IMG/VR virus record: IMGVR_UViG_3300017971_000001
Location: 124,001-188,000 of that record
Direction: 5' to 3' (one strand)
Length of the DNA: 64,000 nt
Part shown: piece by piece, positions 29,830-41,021 of the stretch
Layout of the letters: every line of letters starts with the position of its first letter
Position numbering within the stretch: position 1 is the first letter of the stretch
Notes under the pieces: generated by a model
What the model saw: the letters and a program-made list of their open reading frames with translations, nothing else
Database searches by the model: none
Told to the model about the DNA's origin: nothing
Position numbers and translations under genes: made by a program

Positions 29830-31969
29830 CTTGCTTCCTGGCAGTTCGAGTGAGTCGCAGCGACGAGGCCAGGTCCTCGGCGAGCGACGCCGCCAGCATG
29901 GGCGGCAGGGTGTCGGGAACCTGAGCGTGAACGGTCAGGCTGACCGAGAGGTAGTGCTCTCGGTCGTGTTTGTCGTAGACCTCGATCGCGAAGTCTCCCT
30001 CGGGGCGCTGCCGGAGCACGATCTGCACGGCGCCGTCGCCGGCTGCGACGTCCAGTTCAGACATGCGCTGCCTGTCAAGGCCCTCGCGGAAGTGGGCGTA
30101 GTCGATCCCCATTACGACCCCTCCCTCAGAGGGCGCGTGCGGACCTCGAGTCCCTCGTGCATGGCCCACCACGCCGTCTTGGCGAGGTTCTGGCGCCCGC
30201 TCCGGGTCAAGAAGTCCAAGCGCTTGCGCTGAACCTCGTTCCCCTCACGGTCATGGACCGTGAGATCGATCCACAGGCTCTTGTGCTCGTCGCTCACTCG
30301 CCCTCCCGGTCGTCCCTGGAACGGAGCCCGAGTTCGGCGCCGGCCAGGACGGCTCGCACCATGTTCGAGCTCGACTCCTCCGACTGCCGGAAGCGCTCGG
30401 CGATGTACTGACCCTCGCACTCGGAAAAGGCCCTGTTCAGCGCCTCGCGAACGTTGTGGTCCAGGAAGAGCTCGAGCTCCGGGCCGACCAGCCTCATACC
30501 GGCCGGCCCGAACACGTAGAACGCCTCCTCCCGAAGCTTCTTCAGGATCTCGGTCGGATCGAACGTATCCCGCAGAAGCTTTCCCTCGATCTCGCTCATG
30601 CTGACCTCCTAGATCCGGGCCCCGGGGAACATGGACGAGAGGACGATCTTGCTCGCCTCCTCCTTCGTGAGCCCGAGGCGCTTGTTGAGCGCGGCAGCGA
30701 TCTCCTGCGCCTGCTCGTAGCTCTCGTAGGTGCCGCCGAGGTCGGCCTCGTCCTTGATCGGGCTGTAGCCGGGCCTGTTGCGCTCGGCGACCCCCATGCG
30801 CACGTCGCCGCTCGTATCGATCACAGCCGTGTATGCCATGTCGATCTTCTTCGGCTCGATCTCTTCGGTGATTCCCTCCATGTTCAACTCCGACTCTTTC
30901 AGGCAGGTCGTGCAGACCTGGTGGTGGATCTTGTGCGACGAGCCCGTCCGTCGGGATCGCGCGCGAATGATTACGTCGGCCTCTACAGGGCGACCGTCGC
31001 GCCACTCGCATTGGCTTCTCAGGTGGATCACTCTTCCTTCAGGTGGACCTCGGTGATCGCCTCGAACCTGCGCCCGTCCGGCGTGTCGATCCAGACCTGA
31101 ACCTGAGCCCGCAGGTAGAGCTCGCCCTTCTTGGCGTAGATCGTCGGGGACCCGCACTTCCACTCCAGGCCGGAGACGACGCAGCCCTCGTCCTGGATCT
31201 CAGGAGGCTCCGGCTTGTCGACACGGCGCAGCAGGTGGCAGGCCACCGATCGCTCGTTGCCGTCCTCCTCCAGGTCGAACTCGACTCGAGCGCGCACTCG
31301 GCCCAGTCCGACCACCGTCCCCTCCGACCCGGGGCCTGCGAGCCAGAGCGGCACGCCGACCCCTGAGGCAACCGCGGTCACCCGGTCGCCGACGCGCAGA
31401 GGGAACCCGTCACGGTCCTTGAGCTCGCTCACTTCTTCGCTCCTGCGTTCGTCATGACAATGGGTGAGGCGTAGGGGCACGCCGGGCAGCCCATGTAGAT
31501 CCCGTGCCCCTCGCCACCCTCGAGCAGCTTGTGCCCGACCAGCACCCGGACCTCCATGAGGTCGCAGCCGCAGTTCGGGCAGTCAGTTGGCGTGTCGGAC
31601 TGCCTGGCCTTCGGGCTGCCGATCACCTCGGGGCGGACTCCCTGAGGGCCGCTGAAGTAGCTGCGCAGGTTGCTCACCGAAGCACCGCCTTCTGCCCGTT
31701 GCAGGACTGGCAGGTGACCGCGCTCGGGCAGCGCTGCTGGTGATCGTGCGTCTCGCAGCGCTTGCTGCGCCCGCTGCACTCCCACCCCTCGCCGTCGCAG
31801 TCCCCGCACCGGACGAGCGGGGAAGCGCGGTCGTACTTGATCACGAGGTCGAGCAGCTGCTGCTCGAAGGTCGAGCGGTGGATCGGATCGATCTCGTGGA
31901 GGCGGTAGACGTGGTCCAGGATCACGTCGATCGAGAAGTCGGAGAGGCGGGGCTTGGTCGCGGAATTGC

Positions 31970-32437
31970 TCACTGGGTCTCCTCCAAGCTCACCTCGAAG
32001 GTGAGGCAGTCGGCTGCGTCCAGGGCGACTGGCCTACCGTTCACGTCGCTCACGGCGACGTTGGCACCCTCGTTGTGCTCGATCCCCAAGAGGGTCAGCA
32101 GCGCTGAGACGGGAACGACCGCCTTGCTCGTGCGCTGCACGATCAGCTTCTCCGAAACGTCCAGGTGGACGCCGAGGGACTCGATATCTGGCATGGGACC
32201 TTCCTCTTCTTGGGTCGGTGTCGGCTCCTCCGCCGACTTGAAAGCGCGGACCGCACGGCGCGTGTCTGCGAGTGTGTTTTTCCAGGCACGGGGCTCGCGG
32301 CTGCCGTCCCCCTCTCGGTAGACGACAACGCGCTGGTCCCCGATCGCCCAGAGGTCTCCGTGACGAACCTGACGGACGAACCTCCCGTGCTCCTTGAGCA
32401 GCCGACGCGTCTCGCGCTCTTCCTGGGTCTGGCCCAC
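31970..32437 (-). CDS. HicA-like domain protein
   Basis: LLKEHGRFVRQVRHG...SREPRAWKNTLADTRR, similar to the domain in 9058-11136. Confidence 0.5.
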   Translation of the reverse strand: MGQTQEERETRRLLKEHGRFVRQVRHGDLWAIGDQRVVVYREGDGSREPRAWKNTLADTRRAVRAFKSAEEPTPTQEEEGPMPDIESLGVHLDVSEKLIVQRTSKAVVPVSALLTLLGIEHNEGANVAVSDVNGRPVALDAADCLTFEVSLEETQ

Positions 32438-33041
32438 GTCAATGACCCAGCATGCGGAAGAGTTCACGGATCTCGGCCGCGTCGAGCTCGCCGTCCGCAC
32501 CGAACTTGTTCTCGAGTTCGCAGATCCGATCGTCGTCGTCGCGGATCGACTGGATCAGGCGACCGACCTCTTCGTAGAGCGACTCTGCCGACTTGAGTGA
32601 ACTCTGTGCTCGCTGCGCCGCTTCTACGGCAGCGCGCCGGACCTCGAGCGCGGTCGTGTCGATCTCCATGAGCCGCCGGCGCTGGTGCCTGTTCACGCTT
32701 CCTCCCTCGCGAGTCGATAGCCCTTGCGGGCGCAGGCTGCGCCAAGACGAGCAGCGCAGCGCAACGTGCAGAACGGATACTCGTCGTCGCCGACGCCGCG
32801 GTAGCGCTCGTAGCGACCGAACCAGACCTGGTGCGTCGGGTTAAGCCAGCCGCTGCCCCGCTTGTCGCGCACGAGCCTGACGACCCCCTCACCGCCAAAG
32901 TAGAGCGAGACCCGCTGTCCTACGCGCGGCTCGAAAGTCTCGTGGCGTTCGTAGTGAGCCTGGCCGTCGGTCGCGTCCGCCTTGAGGCGGATCGCGTCCA
33001 ACCACTCTCGGTTGAGCTTCTTGCCACAGCTGCAGCAGATG

Positions 33042-33473
33042 TCACGCCGAATCATTCGGTGCCTTCTCGGGCCAGTCCCAAGGCTGGCTGTGGCAGACGA
33101 AGTGAACGCCGTAGATCACGCGCGTCGAGAGCGCGTCGGGCTCGTGCTCGATCCAACCGGTGTCCATGACCTCGACCGGGCGCGGTAGCGTATCCAGGTC
33201 GCGAGGGCTCGAGATCGCTCCGATCACGGCGCTCTCCCAAGGGACGCCGAAGCGATCGAAGACGGCGATCGCCTGCTCCATGGGCGTCGGGTGAACCGTA
33301 TCTCCGGTCCAGTCGTCCTGACGCGGGTGCAGAACGACCAGGTCGATATCGCTCACGAACCCAGGACGCGCGTCCTCGCCGTGGAGCGCGAAGCTGCCGC
33401 CGAGCCGGGCGCCGGCCTCGTCGCGCAGAGCGCGCAGGAAGGCCTCGAAGGTAGCCTCGTCCATATCGCTCAT
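33042..33473 (-). CDS. Minimal nucleotidyltransferase-like protein
   Basis: GGSFALHG...SDIDLVV (GS...DxD). Confidence 0.55.
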   Translation of the reverse strand: MSDMDEATFEAFLRALRDEAGARLGGSFALHGEDARPGFVSDIDLVVLHPRQDDWTGDTVHPTPMEQAIAVFDRFGVPWESAVIGAISSPRDLDTLPRPVEVMDTGWIEHEPDALSTRVIYGVHFVCHSQPWDWPEKAPNDSA

Positions 33474-34426
33474 ACACGGCTCACGATCTGCTCGCCCAGC
33501 CAGCGCGCGACCGCCGGGACGACCGCGTTGCCCAGCAGCTTGACGCTGGTCGTCACGCTCGGCTCGAGCTCGGAGACGTATCCCTCGGGGAAGCCCATGG
33601 CACGCTCGTATTCCGCCACCGTCCAGGGCCGATACTCGCGCCGGTCCCAGCGCCCGCGACCACGGACCCAGCCCATTTGGTGCTTGGTCGTCACGGTCGG
33701 CGCTGGCCGATCGAGCCCGCGCCCCTTGTGCCCGCTGACGCTCTGGGTGAAGAACGCGCCGGAGTAGCCGCGGGCCTCAATCGACTGGCGCACGCGCCTC
33801 TGCACGCCCGAGCGGCAGCGGCTGACGCGCGACCAGCGCCCGCCCCGATCGTCCATGACGTCAGCGAGGGTCTTGCGGCCCTCGGTCTGAGGGAGCGGGA
33901 GGTCCAGCGGCGTCTCACCCTGGACCGCGACCACGAACAGGCGCTCGCGGTCCTGCGGGACGCCCAGGCCGGCGCTGTTGACGACGTGCTCGCTGAGCGC
34001 GTAGCCGAGCGCCTCCCAGGCTGAGCGCCAGGCCGCGTAGAGCGGCCAGCGACGAAACGAGGTCACGTTCTCGATCACCGCCACCTCGGGCTGGTTCACC
34101 TCGGCCGCGGTCACCGCAGCCCAGGCCGTCGAGCGGAGATAGTCGTGAACCGGCGCCCGGCCACGGCGCTCGTGGCGCCCTCCGCCCGAGGCGGCCTGGC
34201 TGTGGCCCTGGCAGGCCGGCGAGGCCCAGAGCACGTCGTGCAGCGGCAGCGTGCTGAAGTCGGCCTGCTGGAGATCCTGCTGCTCGTGCTCGACGCCCGG
34301 GTGCCGAGCGCTGTGGAGCTTGACGGCCGAGCCCCAGTGGTTCGCCGCCCAGACGACGTCGAGGCCGGCGCGGGTCAGGCCAAGGGTAGCGCCCCCGGCC
34401 CCCGCGAAGAGGTCGACCGCCTTCAC
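33470..34426 (-). CDS. dcm: C5-cytosine DNA methyltransferase
   Basis: DLFAGAGG, SPACQGHS (atypical AC for PC), ENV, PQDRERLF, GNAV. Confidence 0.92.
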   Translation of the reverse strand: MKAVDLFAGAGGATLGLTRAGLDVVWAANHWGSAVKLHSARHPGVEHEQQDLQQADFSTLPLHDVLWASPACQGHSQAASGGGRHERRGRAPVHDYLRSTAWAAVTAAEVNQPEVAVIENVTSFRRWPLYAAWRSAWEALGYALSEHVVNSAGLGVPQDRERLFVVAVQGETPLDLPLPQTEGRKTLADVMDDRGGRWSRVSRCRSGVQRRVRQSIEARGYSGAFFTQSVSGHKGRGLDRPAPTVTTKHQMGWVRGRGRWDRREYRPWTVAEYERAMGFPEGYVSELEPSVTTSVKLLGNAVVPAVARWLGEQIVSRV

Positions 34427-34637
34427 GACGACGCCTCCTGCTCGGGCGGACGCGCGACGGGATCGCGCTGGAACGCCACGATCAGCGCGCGGGTCACGTC
34501 GGCCGCAGCCTCCTGGTGAGTCGGGTAGTAGACAGGGGCCTGCCCGCCGCCCGGCTTGACCAGGTATCCGTTGCTGATCGGGGTCACGCGCACCTGCACG
34601 GACCCGTCCTCGTAGTGCTTGAGGTAGAGCTTGTTGG

Positions 34638-35003
34638 TCACTGGATCACCTCCGGCTCCCGGCCTCCGCCGAGGTCGCGGGCGAGGTCGATCGCGTCCGC
34701 CAGGGCGCGGTGGTAGGCCGAGCGTCGGGTCTTGCCGACGTTGAGTCCGTCCCAGGTCTCGACGACCTCGACGCAGCCGCGAGCGCGGTCCGAGATCATG
34801 GCCGGGACCGGGGCGTCCGGCTCCATGCACATGACGGCCACGCGGTTCCGCCGGCGCCCGTACTTGACGGGCTTGTCGGCGCTGACGCGCACGACGTAGC
34901 GGAAGAGGTCCGCGCGCTGCGCGGCGCGCTCGAGCCGGGACTCAGCCTCGGCGTCTCCCAGCGCCGCGTCGCGGCGCAGGGTCCGGAGATCGCGGTCACT
35001 CAC
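34638..35003 (-). CDS. DER-module protein
   Basis: MSDRDLRTLRRDAALGDAEAESRLERAAQRA. Confidence 0.65.
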   Translation of the reverse strand: MSDRDLRTLRRDAALGDAEAESRLERAAQRADLFRYVVRVSADKPVKYGRRRNRVAVMCMEPDAPVPAMISDRARGCVEVVETWDGLNVGKTRRSAYHRALADAIDLARDLGGGREPEVIQ

Positions 35004-35858
35004 AGACCCACCTCCGTCTCGCTCAACGGGAGCGGCCGGCCCTTCGGGTCGAAGTGCTCGGGCCAGCAGAGGATCGGCCGGACCTCGAAGGTCCCGATCG
35101 CCTGCGCGCCGAACACGGACGCGAGGTCGTTGGACGGGTTGTGGAGCATGGCGAGCATGAACCGCCGAGCCTCAGCCGGGGTCGCGTAGGTGTAGCGACC
35201 CTGGCGCGCCGGAGCGGACATGCGCCGCTCGCCGTGCTGGTTGAGGTGGGTGACCACGTAGCGCGTGACGCTGCTCACTGGATCCACCCCTTCCACTCGA
35301 CCCCCGGGGCCGGGTGATCGCGGATCAACTTCTCGGCCAGCTGCTCGGCGTCGTAGGCCGACCGGCAGGATCCCTGCAGGACGATCCCGCCCTGCCCCCA
35401 GGACCAGCAGCCGTCGCCGCCTTCGAGGGTGTCGCCGAGGCGCGGCCGCGCCCAGCCGCTGAGCCAGCGACCGCTCTCAGGGACGCCGTCCCTGACGACG
35501 AGGAAGCGGTAGACGACACCGCCGGGAGCGTCGCCGCGGTGCGGGCCCTCGTCGGCCCGCTGGCTCTGGAGGTAGACGTGGACCGACTCGCGCTGCTGGA
35601 CAGCGAGCTCCTCGGCGCGCTTCTCCTGCGCTCGGCGCAGGAGGCCGAGCGGGCTGTGGGGGTTGCCGGCGTCGCCGGCCTCGGGGTGGTCCGCGACCAG
35701 CGTCTCCGCGACGCTGAGCGCGGTGTACACGAGCTCGGTCTTGATTCGGTTGCCGGCGCTCTGCACGCCGCCTGGGGTCGTCATGGTTCCTCCGGCGCGT
35801 CCGCGCCAGTTTCGGGACTCTCTACACCTAGGCGGGAACTCCCCCGCAAGGTCCCCAA

Positions 35859-35887
35859 ACGATACAGGTGACCGCCCTGACTGTCAA
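35859..35887 (-). promoter_or_regulatory. Sigma70-type promoter for the leftward small-gene operon
   Basis: TTGACA-N17-TATCGT. Confidence 0.7.
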
Positions 35888-35893
35888 GCACTT

Positions 35894-35922
35894 CGTAAGT
35901 CCTTTGGCTGCAACGACTTACG
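35894..35922. promoter_or_regulatory. Palindromic operator-like site
   Basis: CGTAAGTC-N13-GACTTACG; related copy at 36669-36696. Confidence 0.55.
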
Positions 35923-36592
35923 TCAGCCTCGCTCGAGAGGCTTGCTGGCTCCGTGCCGCAGCAAACGCAGCGCGCCCCCTGCGGCTCTGGGCGGCAGGGG
36001 GCGCGTAGAGGGCGTCGCGCGCCTTAGGACGCGGGCTGGAGCTCGGGGTGGGCCTCGACGTGGCAGCGGTCGCAGCGCCGCGCCTTCGCCTCCCAGACGT
36101 GCCCGCTCGGGACGCGGTGGCGGTGCCCGCACTCGAGCACCTGGATCCTGGTCGACTCGTCGACCGAGACGACCGCCTTCGGCGCGATCGACCGGCGATC
36201 GGCCTCGAGGTTGACGATCGGGCTGTCAGCCCCGTCTTGCCCGATCCAGCGCGCCTGGAGCGTCTTGGCGGCCGGGGAGAGCTCGGGGACGGAGTCGGTG
36301 TGCGTCACGACCTGGCCCTCCTCTTCGTCGAAGCGGTCACGACGCGCGCGGGCCGCCTCCACCTGAGCCACGACCTCGGGGTCTCCGGCCGCGGCCATGG
36401 CCTGCCACTTCTCCTCGACCTCGTGCCCGACCTCGCGGATCAGGACGTAGCTGAGGCGGGAAAGGGTGGCTGCGAGTTCGGCCCGGTTCATGTCGGCGGG
36501 GCACTCGATCACGAGGCCCTCGGCGCGCAGGTAGCGCTTCATTTCGGTCTGGATCTCCACGGCAGTTACTCCTTGCTGGGTGTGGACTGGGG

Positions 36593-36621
36593 ACTCTACG
36601 CACCTCTCTTGCAAGTGTCAA
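36593..36621 (-). promoter_or_regulatory. Sigma70-type promoter at the divergence point
   Basis: TTGACA-N17-TAGAGT. Confidence 0.65.
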
Positions 36622-36746
36622 CGGCCCCTCGGGAAGTCTTCGTGAACCTCCCTGCTAGGTATACCAACGTAAACGCCTTTCGCTGAAAGGACTTACAGCA
36701 CCTGTCGGAGGGCCCTCATACGGTCTGGCCAGCAACGGAGACGCAG

Positions 36747-36950
36747 GTGCCGCGACCGAAGAAGAGCAAGAAACTGAAGCGGGTCCAGAAGCAGGTCTAC
36801 GTCCTGCCGGCCGACCTGGAGCGCGCCGAGAAGAGCCGTCAGCGGCGGTTCGAAGAGCTCAAGACCCTACACGGAATCAACAACTGGACGATCGCCCAAG
36901 AGCTCAACGCCTTGATCGTCGAGTCCCTGAACGCACAGGAGGTGGAGTGA
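36747..36950 (+). CDS. Small basic putative DNA-binding regulator (RHH-like)
   Basis: MPRPKK..KQVYVLP then helices; first gene after the divergence. Confidence 0.5.
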   Translation: MPRPKKSKKLKRVQKQVYVLPADLERAEKSRQRRFEELKTLHGINNWTIAQELNALIVESLNAQEVE

Positions 36951-38584
36951 CGTTCCCGACCCAAGCAAGCAAGCCGACCGCGGGGCCGCCCCCTGCGCCG
37001 GTCTTCCCGACCCCTACGACGCCGCTGGGCATGAAGGACCCCAGCGTCAAGTTCTGGACCGCTCTCCTGAACGCGCAGCAAGCTGCGCAGAAGCTGGCGA
37101 AGAAGCACCCCGGGCCGCCGAACAAGCGCGCCCCCAAGATCGAGGTCACGGACCCGATCACGGGGCAGCGGTCCATGGCTCACCCTCCCATGTGGACCTT
37201 CGTCAGCGCTGAGGACTTCATTGAGGAGGCGCGTCGCGTCCTCCACCCTGAGGGTCTCGTGCTCGTTCCTACTGGGATCATGGGCGAGCTCGACGCGCAG
37301 TTCGGGCGTCGCAACCGAATCGCCCTCTGGTTCCTGCTCGTCCACGCCCCCTCGGGTGAGGGCGCCTTCCTCCCCATGGAGTTCCCCTACCAGACCAACG
37401 ATCGCTCGACGCACGTCCAGGCCGCTGCGAACAGCTACACGCAGGGCCTGGCGTACTTCCTCCGCGGCCTGCTCATGATCCCGCGCGTGTCGCCTCGGGA
37501 CGAGGACTACCACGAGGTCCTCAACAGCGACGCCCCGCCCCCTCGACAGCAGCCGCAGCAAGGTTTCCAGCAGCCTGCGCCGGCCCAGCAGCAGATCTTC
37601 CAGCAGCCTCCGGCTCAGAACTTCCAGCCGCGGCCGGTCACGCCGCTGTATCAAGGGCCCCAGGGAACCATGATCGGGCACTACGCCGGACCTCCTCCCG
37701 GGCCCCAGGGGACGACCGGAGGCCCCGCGAACTTCGCGCCTCAGCCGACGACGGGCCAGCCGCCCATGCAGCGCCCCTCCCAGACGGCGCAGCGCCCTCA
37801 GCCGCAGCAACCGCAGCAGTTCCCGGGCCAGCAGCCCCTCCCTCGGCAGGGAGGTGGCGCGCAGCCCACCTTTCGCCAGGGCGCGCCGGTCCAGTCGAAC
37901 GGAAACGGAAGCTTTCCTGGTGGCGCTCCGCACGCTCACGGACAGGTTCCGCAAGGGAACGGCTTCGGCGGCGGAGGCGGCCCTGGCGGAGGAGCTCAGC
38001 GCATGGTGGGAGCACCGGGAGCGACTGCGGTCGCGCCGCTTCCGCCGCTCATGAACAGCACCCTGGTTCAGGGCATGGTTCAGCAGACGGGCGCCGTGCC
38101 CGCGTCGCCTGCTCAGGACCAGGCCCAGGCTCAGCAGACCTTCCAGGTCGGACCGCCTCCGCCTCAGGCGATCAAGCCCGAAGACCTGACCGAAATGCCC
38201 TCGGCGGTGCCCCCGCCCAAGGAGCAGAAGATCGAAGGTGTGCGCGAGGACGAGCCTCAGACCAGCGACGACTGGTTCGAGGCCCTGCTCGAGAAGGGCT
38301 GGGATCCGATCGTCGCGACCGAGGTCGCCAACCACCCGCCGAACCTCGTGATCAACGACGCCGTCCGCAACGAGATCTCCTCGAGGGCCATGAGCAAGTT
38401 CGCCACGGACGAGATCCTCAAGGCCTGGAAAGACACGGGCTTCGTCCCCGACCCCAAGGCCGGCGCCAACCGGCCCAAGCCGACCGGGCTCCAGTTGCTC
38501 CGGTTCTGCAACAACCTCAACTTCAACGACCCCTCCCCGAAGCCGGAAGGCGAGAAGCCGGCCGCTCAAACCACTAGCTCGTGA
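36947..38584 (+). CDS. ERF-like single-strand annealing protein with long Q/P/G-rich linker
   Basis: FVSAEDFIEEARRVLHPEGL, LVHAPSGE, AANSYTQGLAYFLRGLLMIP. Confidence 0.7.
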   Translation: MTFPTQASKPTAGPPPAPVFPTPTTPLGMKDPSVKFWTALLNAQQAAQKLAKKHPGPPNKRAPKIEVTDPITGQRSMAHPPMWTFVSAEDFIEEARRVLHPEGLVLVPTGIMGELDAQFGRRNRIALWFLLVHAPSGEGAFLPMEFPYQTNDRSTHVQAAANSYTQGLAYFLRGLLMIPRVSPRDEDYHEVLNSDAPPPRQQPQQGFQQPAPAQQQIFQQPPAQNFQPRPVTPLYQGPQGTMIGHYAGPPPGPQGTTGGPANFAPQPTTGQPPMQRPSQTAQRPQPQQPQQFPGQQPLPRQGGGAQPTFRQGAPVQSNGNGSFPGGAPHAHGQVPQGNGFGGGGGPGGGAQRMVGAPGATAVAPLPPLMNSTLVQGMVQQTGAVPASPAQDQAQAQQTFQVGPPPPQAIKPEDLTEMPSAVPPPKEQKIEGVREDEPQTSDDWFEALLEKGWDPIVATEVANHPPNLVINDAVRNEISSRAMSKFATDEILKAWKDTGFVPDPKAGANRPKPTGLQLLRFCNNLNFNDPSPKPEGEKPAAQTTSS

Positions 38585-38601
38585 AAGAAGGACTCTGAAC
38601 C

Positions 38602-39585
38602 ATGAACATGCCTTACCAGCAGCCCGGATACGGCGGGCAGCCCATGCAACCCGCTTACGGACAGCCCATGCAGCAGGGCTACGGACAGCCGCAGCCGGGC
38701 TACGGACAGCCGCAGCCGGGCTACGGACAGCCGCAGCCGGGCTACGGACAACCCATGCAGCCGGGTTACGCGCCCAACCCCTACGGACAGCCCTACCAGG
38801 CCGCTCCCCAGCAGCCCGAGCCGGACGTGAGCAACGCCACGTTCAACATTCCGGTGCCGGGTGAGAACCAGGACGACGTCGATCGCGCCTATTGGGAGAA
38901 CGTGCAGACGACCAACGAGGTCCCCTTCACGCCCGACATGGCCGGCCAGTTCTACAACGCCCAGATCCTGTTCGCCAAGGGCATGGTCGACACGGACAAG
39001 AACGGAGCTCAGCGGGGAACCAAGCTCTTCTTCATTATCGGGCTCAACACGCCCACCGGCCCCCGCAAGGTCCTCGACTCCCTGAACCCCGAGGTCTCCC
39101 ACCAGGCCAAGGTCTTCGCGGCCTTCTGCAAGGCCGCCGTGCCCGAGAAGACCGGCAAGGCGAGCGCCCTCGACTTCCGCGGCCGAAAGATCGTGGTCAA
39201 GGTCGACTACGGCAAGGGCAAGTACGCCGCGGACGGCGAGTCCCCCGACATTCGGATTCGGGGCTACTACCCCGCCGACTACAACCCGCAGGGCGCGCGC
39301 CCGCAGCAGCAGCACCAGCAGGCACGTCCGCAGCAGCCCCAGCAGCCTCAGCAGGGCTACGGCCAGCCGCCCCAGCAGCAGGGCTACCAGCAGCCGCAGC
39401 AGGGCTACCAGCAGCCGCAACAGGTCCAGCAGCAGCCGCAGCAGGGCTTCCAGGGCGGCATGCAGGGCCAGCCTCCCGTCCAGGCGCAGCAGGGCTACGG
39501 CCAGACCTACGGCCAGCCGCCCCAGCAGCAGCCTCAGGGCATGGCCGCGGCCATGGGCGTTCCTGATCAGGACGTTCCCTTCTAG
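38602..39585 (+). CDS. Phage SSB-like protein with Q/G/Y/P low-complexity arms
   Basis: Central beta-rich core; acidic-aromatic tail DQDVPF; lies between ERF and nuclease genes. Confidence 0.65.
   Translation: MNMPYQQPGYGGQPMQPAYGQPMQQGYGQPQPGYGQPQPGYGQPQPGYGQPMQPGYAPNPYGQPYQAAPQQPEPDVSNATFNIPVPGENQDDVDRAYWENVQTTNEVPFTPDMAGQFYNAQILFAKGMVDTDKNGAQRGTKLFFIIGLNTPTGPRKVLDSLNPEVSHQAKVFAAFCKAAVPEKTGKASALDFRGRKIVVKVDYGKGKYAADGESPDIRIRGYYPADYNPQGARPQQQHQQARPQQPQQPQQGYGQPPQQQGYQQPQQGYQQPQQVQQQPQQGFQGGMQGQPPVQAQQGYGQTYGQPPQQQPQGMAAAMGVPDQDVPF
38620..38800 (+). repeat. 21-bp coding tandem repeat (PGYGQPQ)
   Basis: GGCTACGGACAGCCGCAGCCG repeated. Confidence 0.85.
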
Positions 39586-39612
39586 CCCTCCGGCTCGAGG
39601 CCTCTCAACCAC

Positions 39613-39652
39613 GCCCGCACGGCTTGCGAATTTCCTGGCCGTGCGGGCTTCT
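39613..39652 (+). terminator. Hairpin after the SSB-like gene
   Basis: GCCCGCACGGC-N14-GCCGTGCGGGC-TTCT. Confidence 0.5.
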
Positions 39653-39665
39653 ATAAGGCATTTTC

Positions 39666-41021
39666 ATGGACGACGACAACCAGATCGACCCGGCCGTCAT
39701 GGATCAACCCACCGAGGCGGAGGAGTTCCCCTTGGGCGTTGGCACTGCGACCGAGCCGTATCCGACGAACGCTCCATGGCTCAGCCTCCCTCCGCCCAAG
39801 AAGATCAATCGTCTCTCGCGCTGGCCCCGTGGCGCCAAGTCCCCCTCGTGGTTCAAGAAGCTCGCGACCTGTCCCAAGCAGCACGCCGAGCGCTACCGAC
39901 ACCGCAAGAAGGATCCCAGCGGCCTCGACGCGCTGATCGGAAACGCGATCCACGGCGCGTACGAAGACGCCGGTATGATCCGCATGAAGCCGGGTCGACG
40001 AGGCGCCGTCAATCCCGTGGTGACGCCTGAGGAGTTGATCCACCTCCTCGAGTTCCAGGAAGAGATACGCGAGGGCGTCGAGGTCTACAACCGCTCGCGC
40101 GACATTCTCCAGAACACCAAGCCGTTCTCGCTCGACAACATTTACGACGTCGAGCACCTGTGGAACTTCTACGTCACCCCGTCCCTGCAGGTCGCCGGGT
40201 TCGCCGACCTGATCCAAGCGGTCCCCCACCCCACTAACCCCAGCCTCCCGCCGGTCATGATCGTGGTCAGCGACTACAAAACCGGCCTCGGGCAACTCCC
40301 TTCCCCCGAAGAGCTCGAGACGGACCCCCAGTGCCAACTCGAGCTCGCCTGGGCGCGCCGTAAATTCCCCCAGACCCCCAGGATTCGCTTCCGGATCGTC
40401 AACGTTCAGCTGAACAAAGAGGTCTGGTGCGACTGGACGCCGCACCACCACGAGCGCGCGCTTGGCTTTGCTCGCGCCCTCAGCAACCGCTGGCATTCGC
40501 GGGACGAAACCGCGGTCGTCGGCAATCACTGCAAGTGGTGCCCTTACCGAGCCGGCTGCAGCGCGTTCGAGAAATCGCTCAAGAAGATCACCTTCACGCC
40601 GCTGTCCGAGCTCGACGACCTGTCGCTCGAGGACATGATCCGCGAGTGGAAGACCATGAAGCTCGCTCAAGACCTGACCGAGCGGCGCAGGATCGATCTC
40701 GGCAACAAGATCATGGAGCAGATCCCCTCCGACCAGCGCAGCTACCGCGTCAATCACCTGCTCGCCATGAAGAAGAGCCGCAAGGTCACCAACTACGCGA
40801 GCACGGCCGAGCTCGTCAACGACCTCACCAGCCTTACGGGCACCGTCCCTGACGCGCTGATCGACAGCGTGACCAAGATCCGCAAAAAGCAACTCGAGAA
40901 TTGGATCAAGACCCTTCCGGACCACCTCCAGAAGCCCGCCATGATCATTCTTGAGAAGCACGCAATCGAGAGCGAGACCTCGCCCTGGCTCGAGGTTCAC
41001 GATCGGAAGCCGTTATGGTAG
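39666..41021 (+). CDS. PD-(D/E)XK nuclease (RecB/Cas4-like, Fe-S type)
   Basis: CPK, GNAIH, GFADLI, DYKTG, QLELAW, CKWCPYRAGC. Confidence 0.85.
   Translation: MDDDNQIDPAVMDQPTEAEEFPLGVGTATEPYPTNAPWLSLPPPKKINRLSRWPRGAKSPSWFKKLATCPKQHAERYRHRKKDPSGLDALIGNAIHGAYEDAGMIRMKPGRRGAVNPVVTPEELIHLLEFQEEIREGVEVYNRSRDILQNTKPFSLDNIYDVEHLWNFYVTPSLQVAGFADLIQAVPHPTNPSLPPVMIVVSDYKTGLGQLPSPEELETDPQCQLELAWARRKFPQTPRIRFRIVNVQLNKEVWCDWTPHHHERALGFARALSNRWHSRDETAVVGNHCKWCPYRAGCSAFEKSLKKITFTPLSELDDLSLEDMIREWKTMKLAQDLTERRRIDLGNKIMEQIPSDQRSYRVNHLLAMKKSRKVTNYASTAELVNDLTSLTGTVPDALIDSVTKIRKKQLENWIKTLPDHLQKPAMIILEKHAIESETSPWLEVHDRKPLW

Noticed and set aside
39666-41021. Cas4-like nuclease as a CRISPR adaptation gene
   Set aside because: Context (ERF, SSB, RusA) is a standard phage recombination block; nothing links it to the array.
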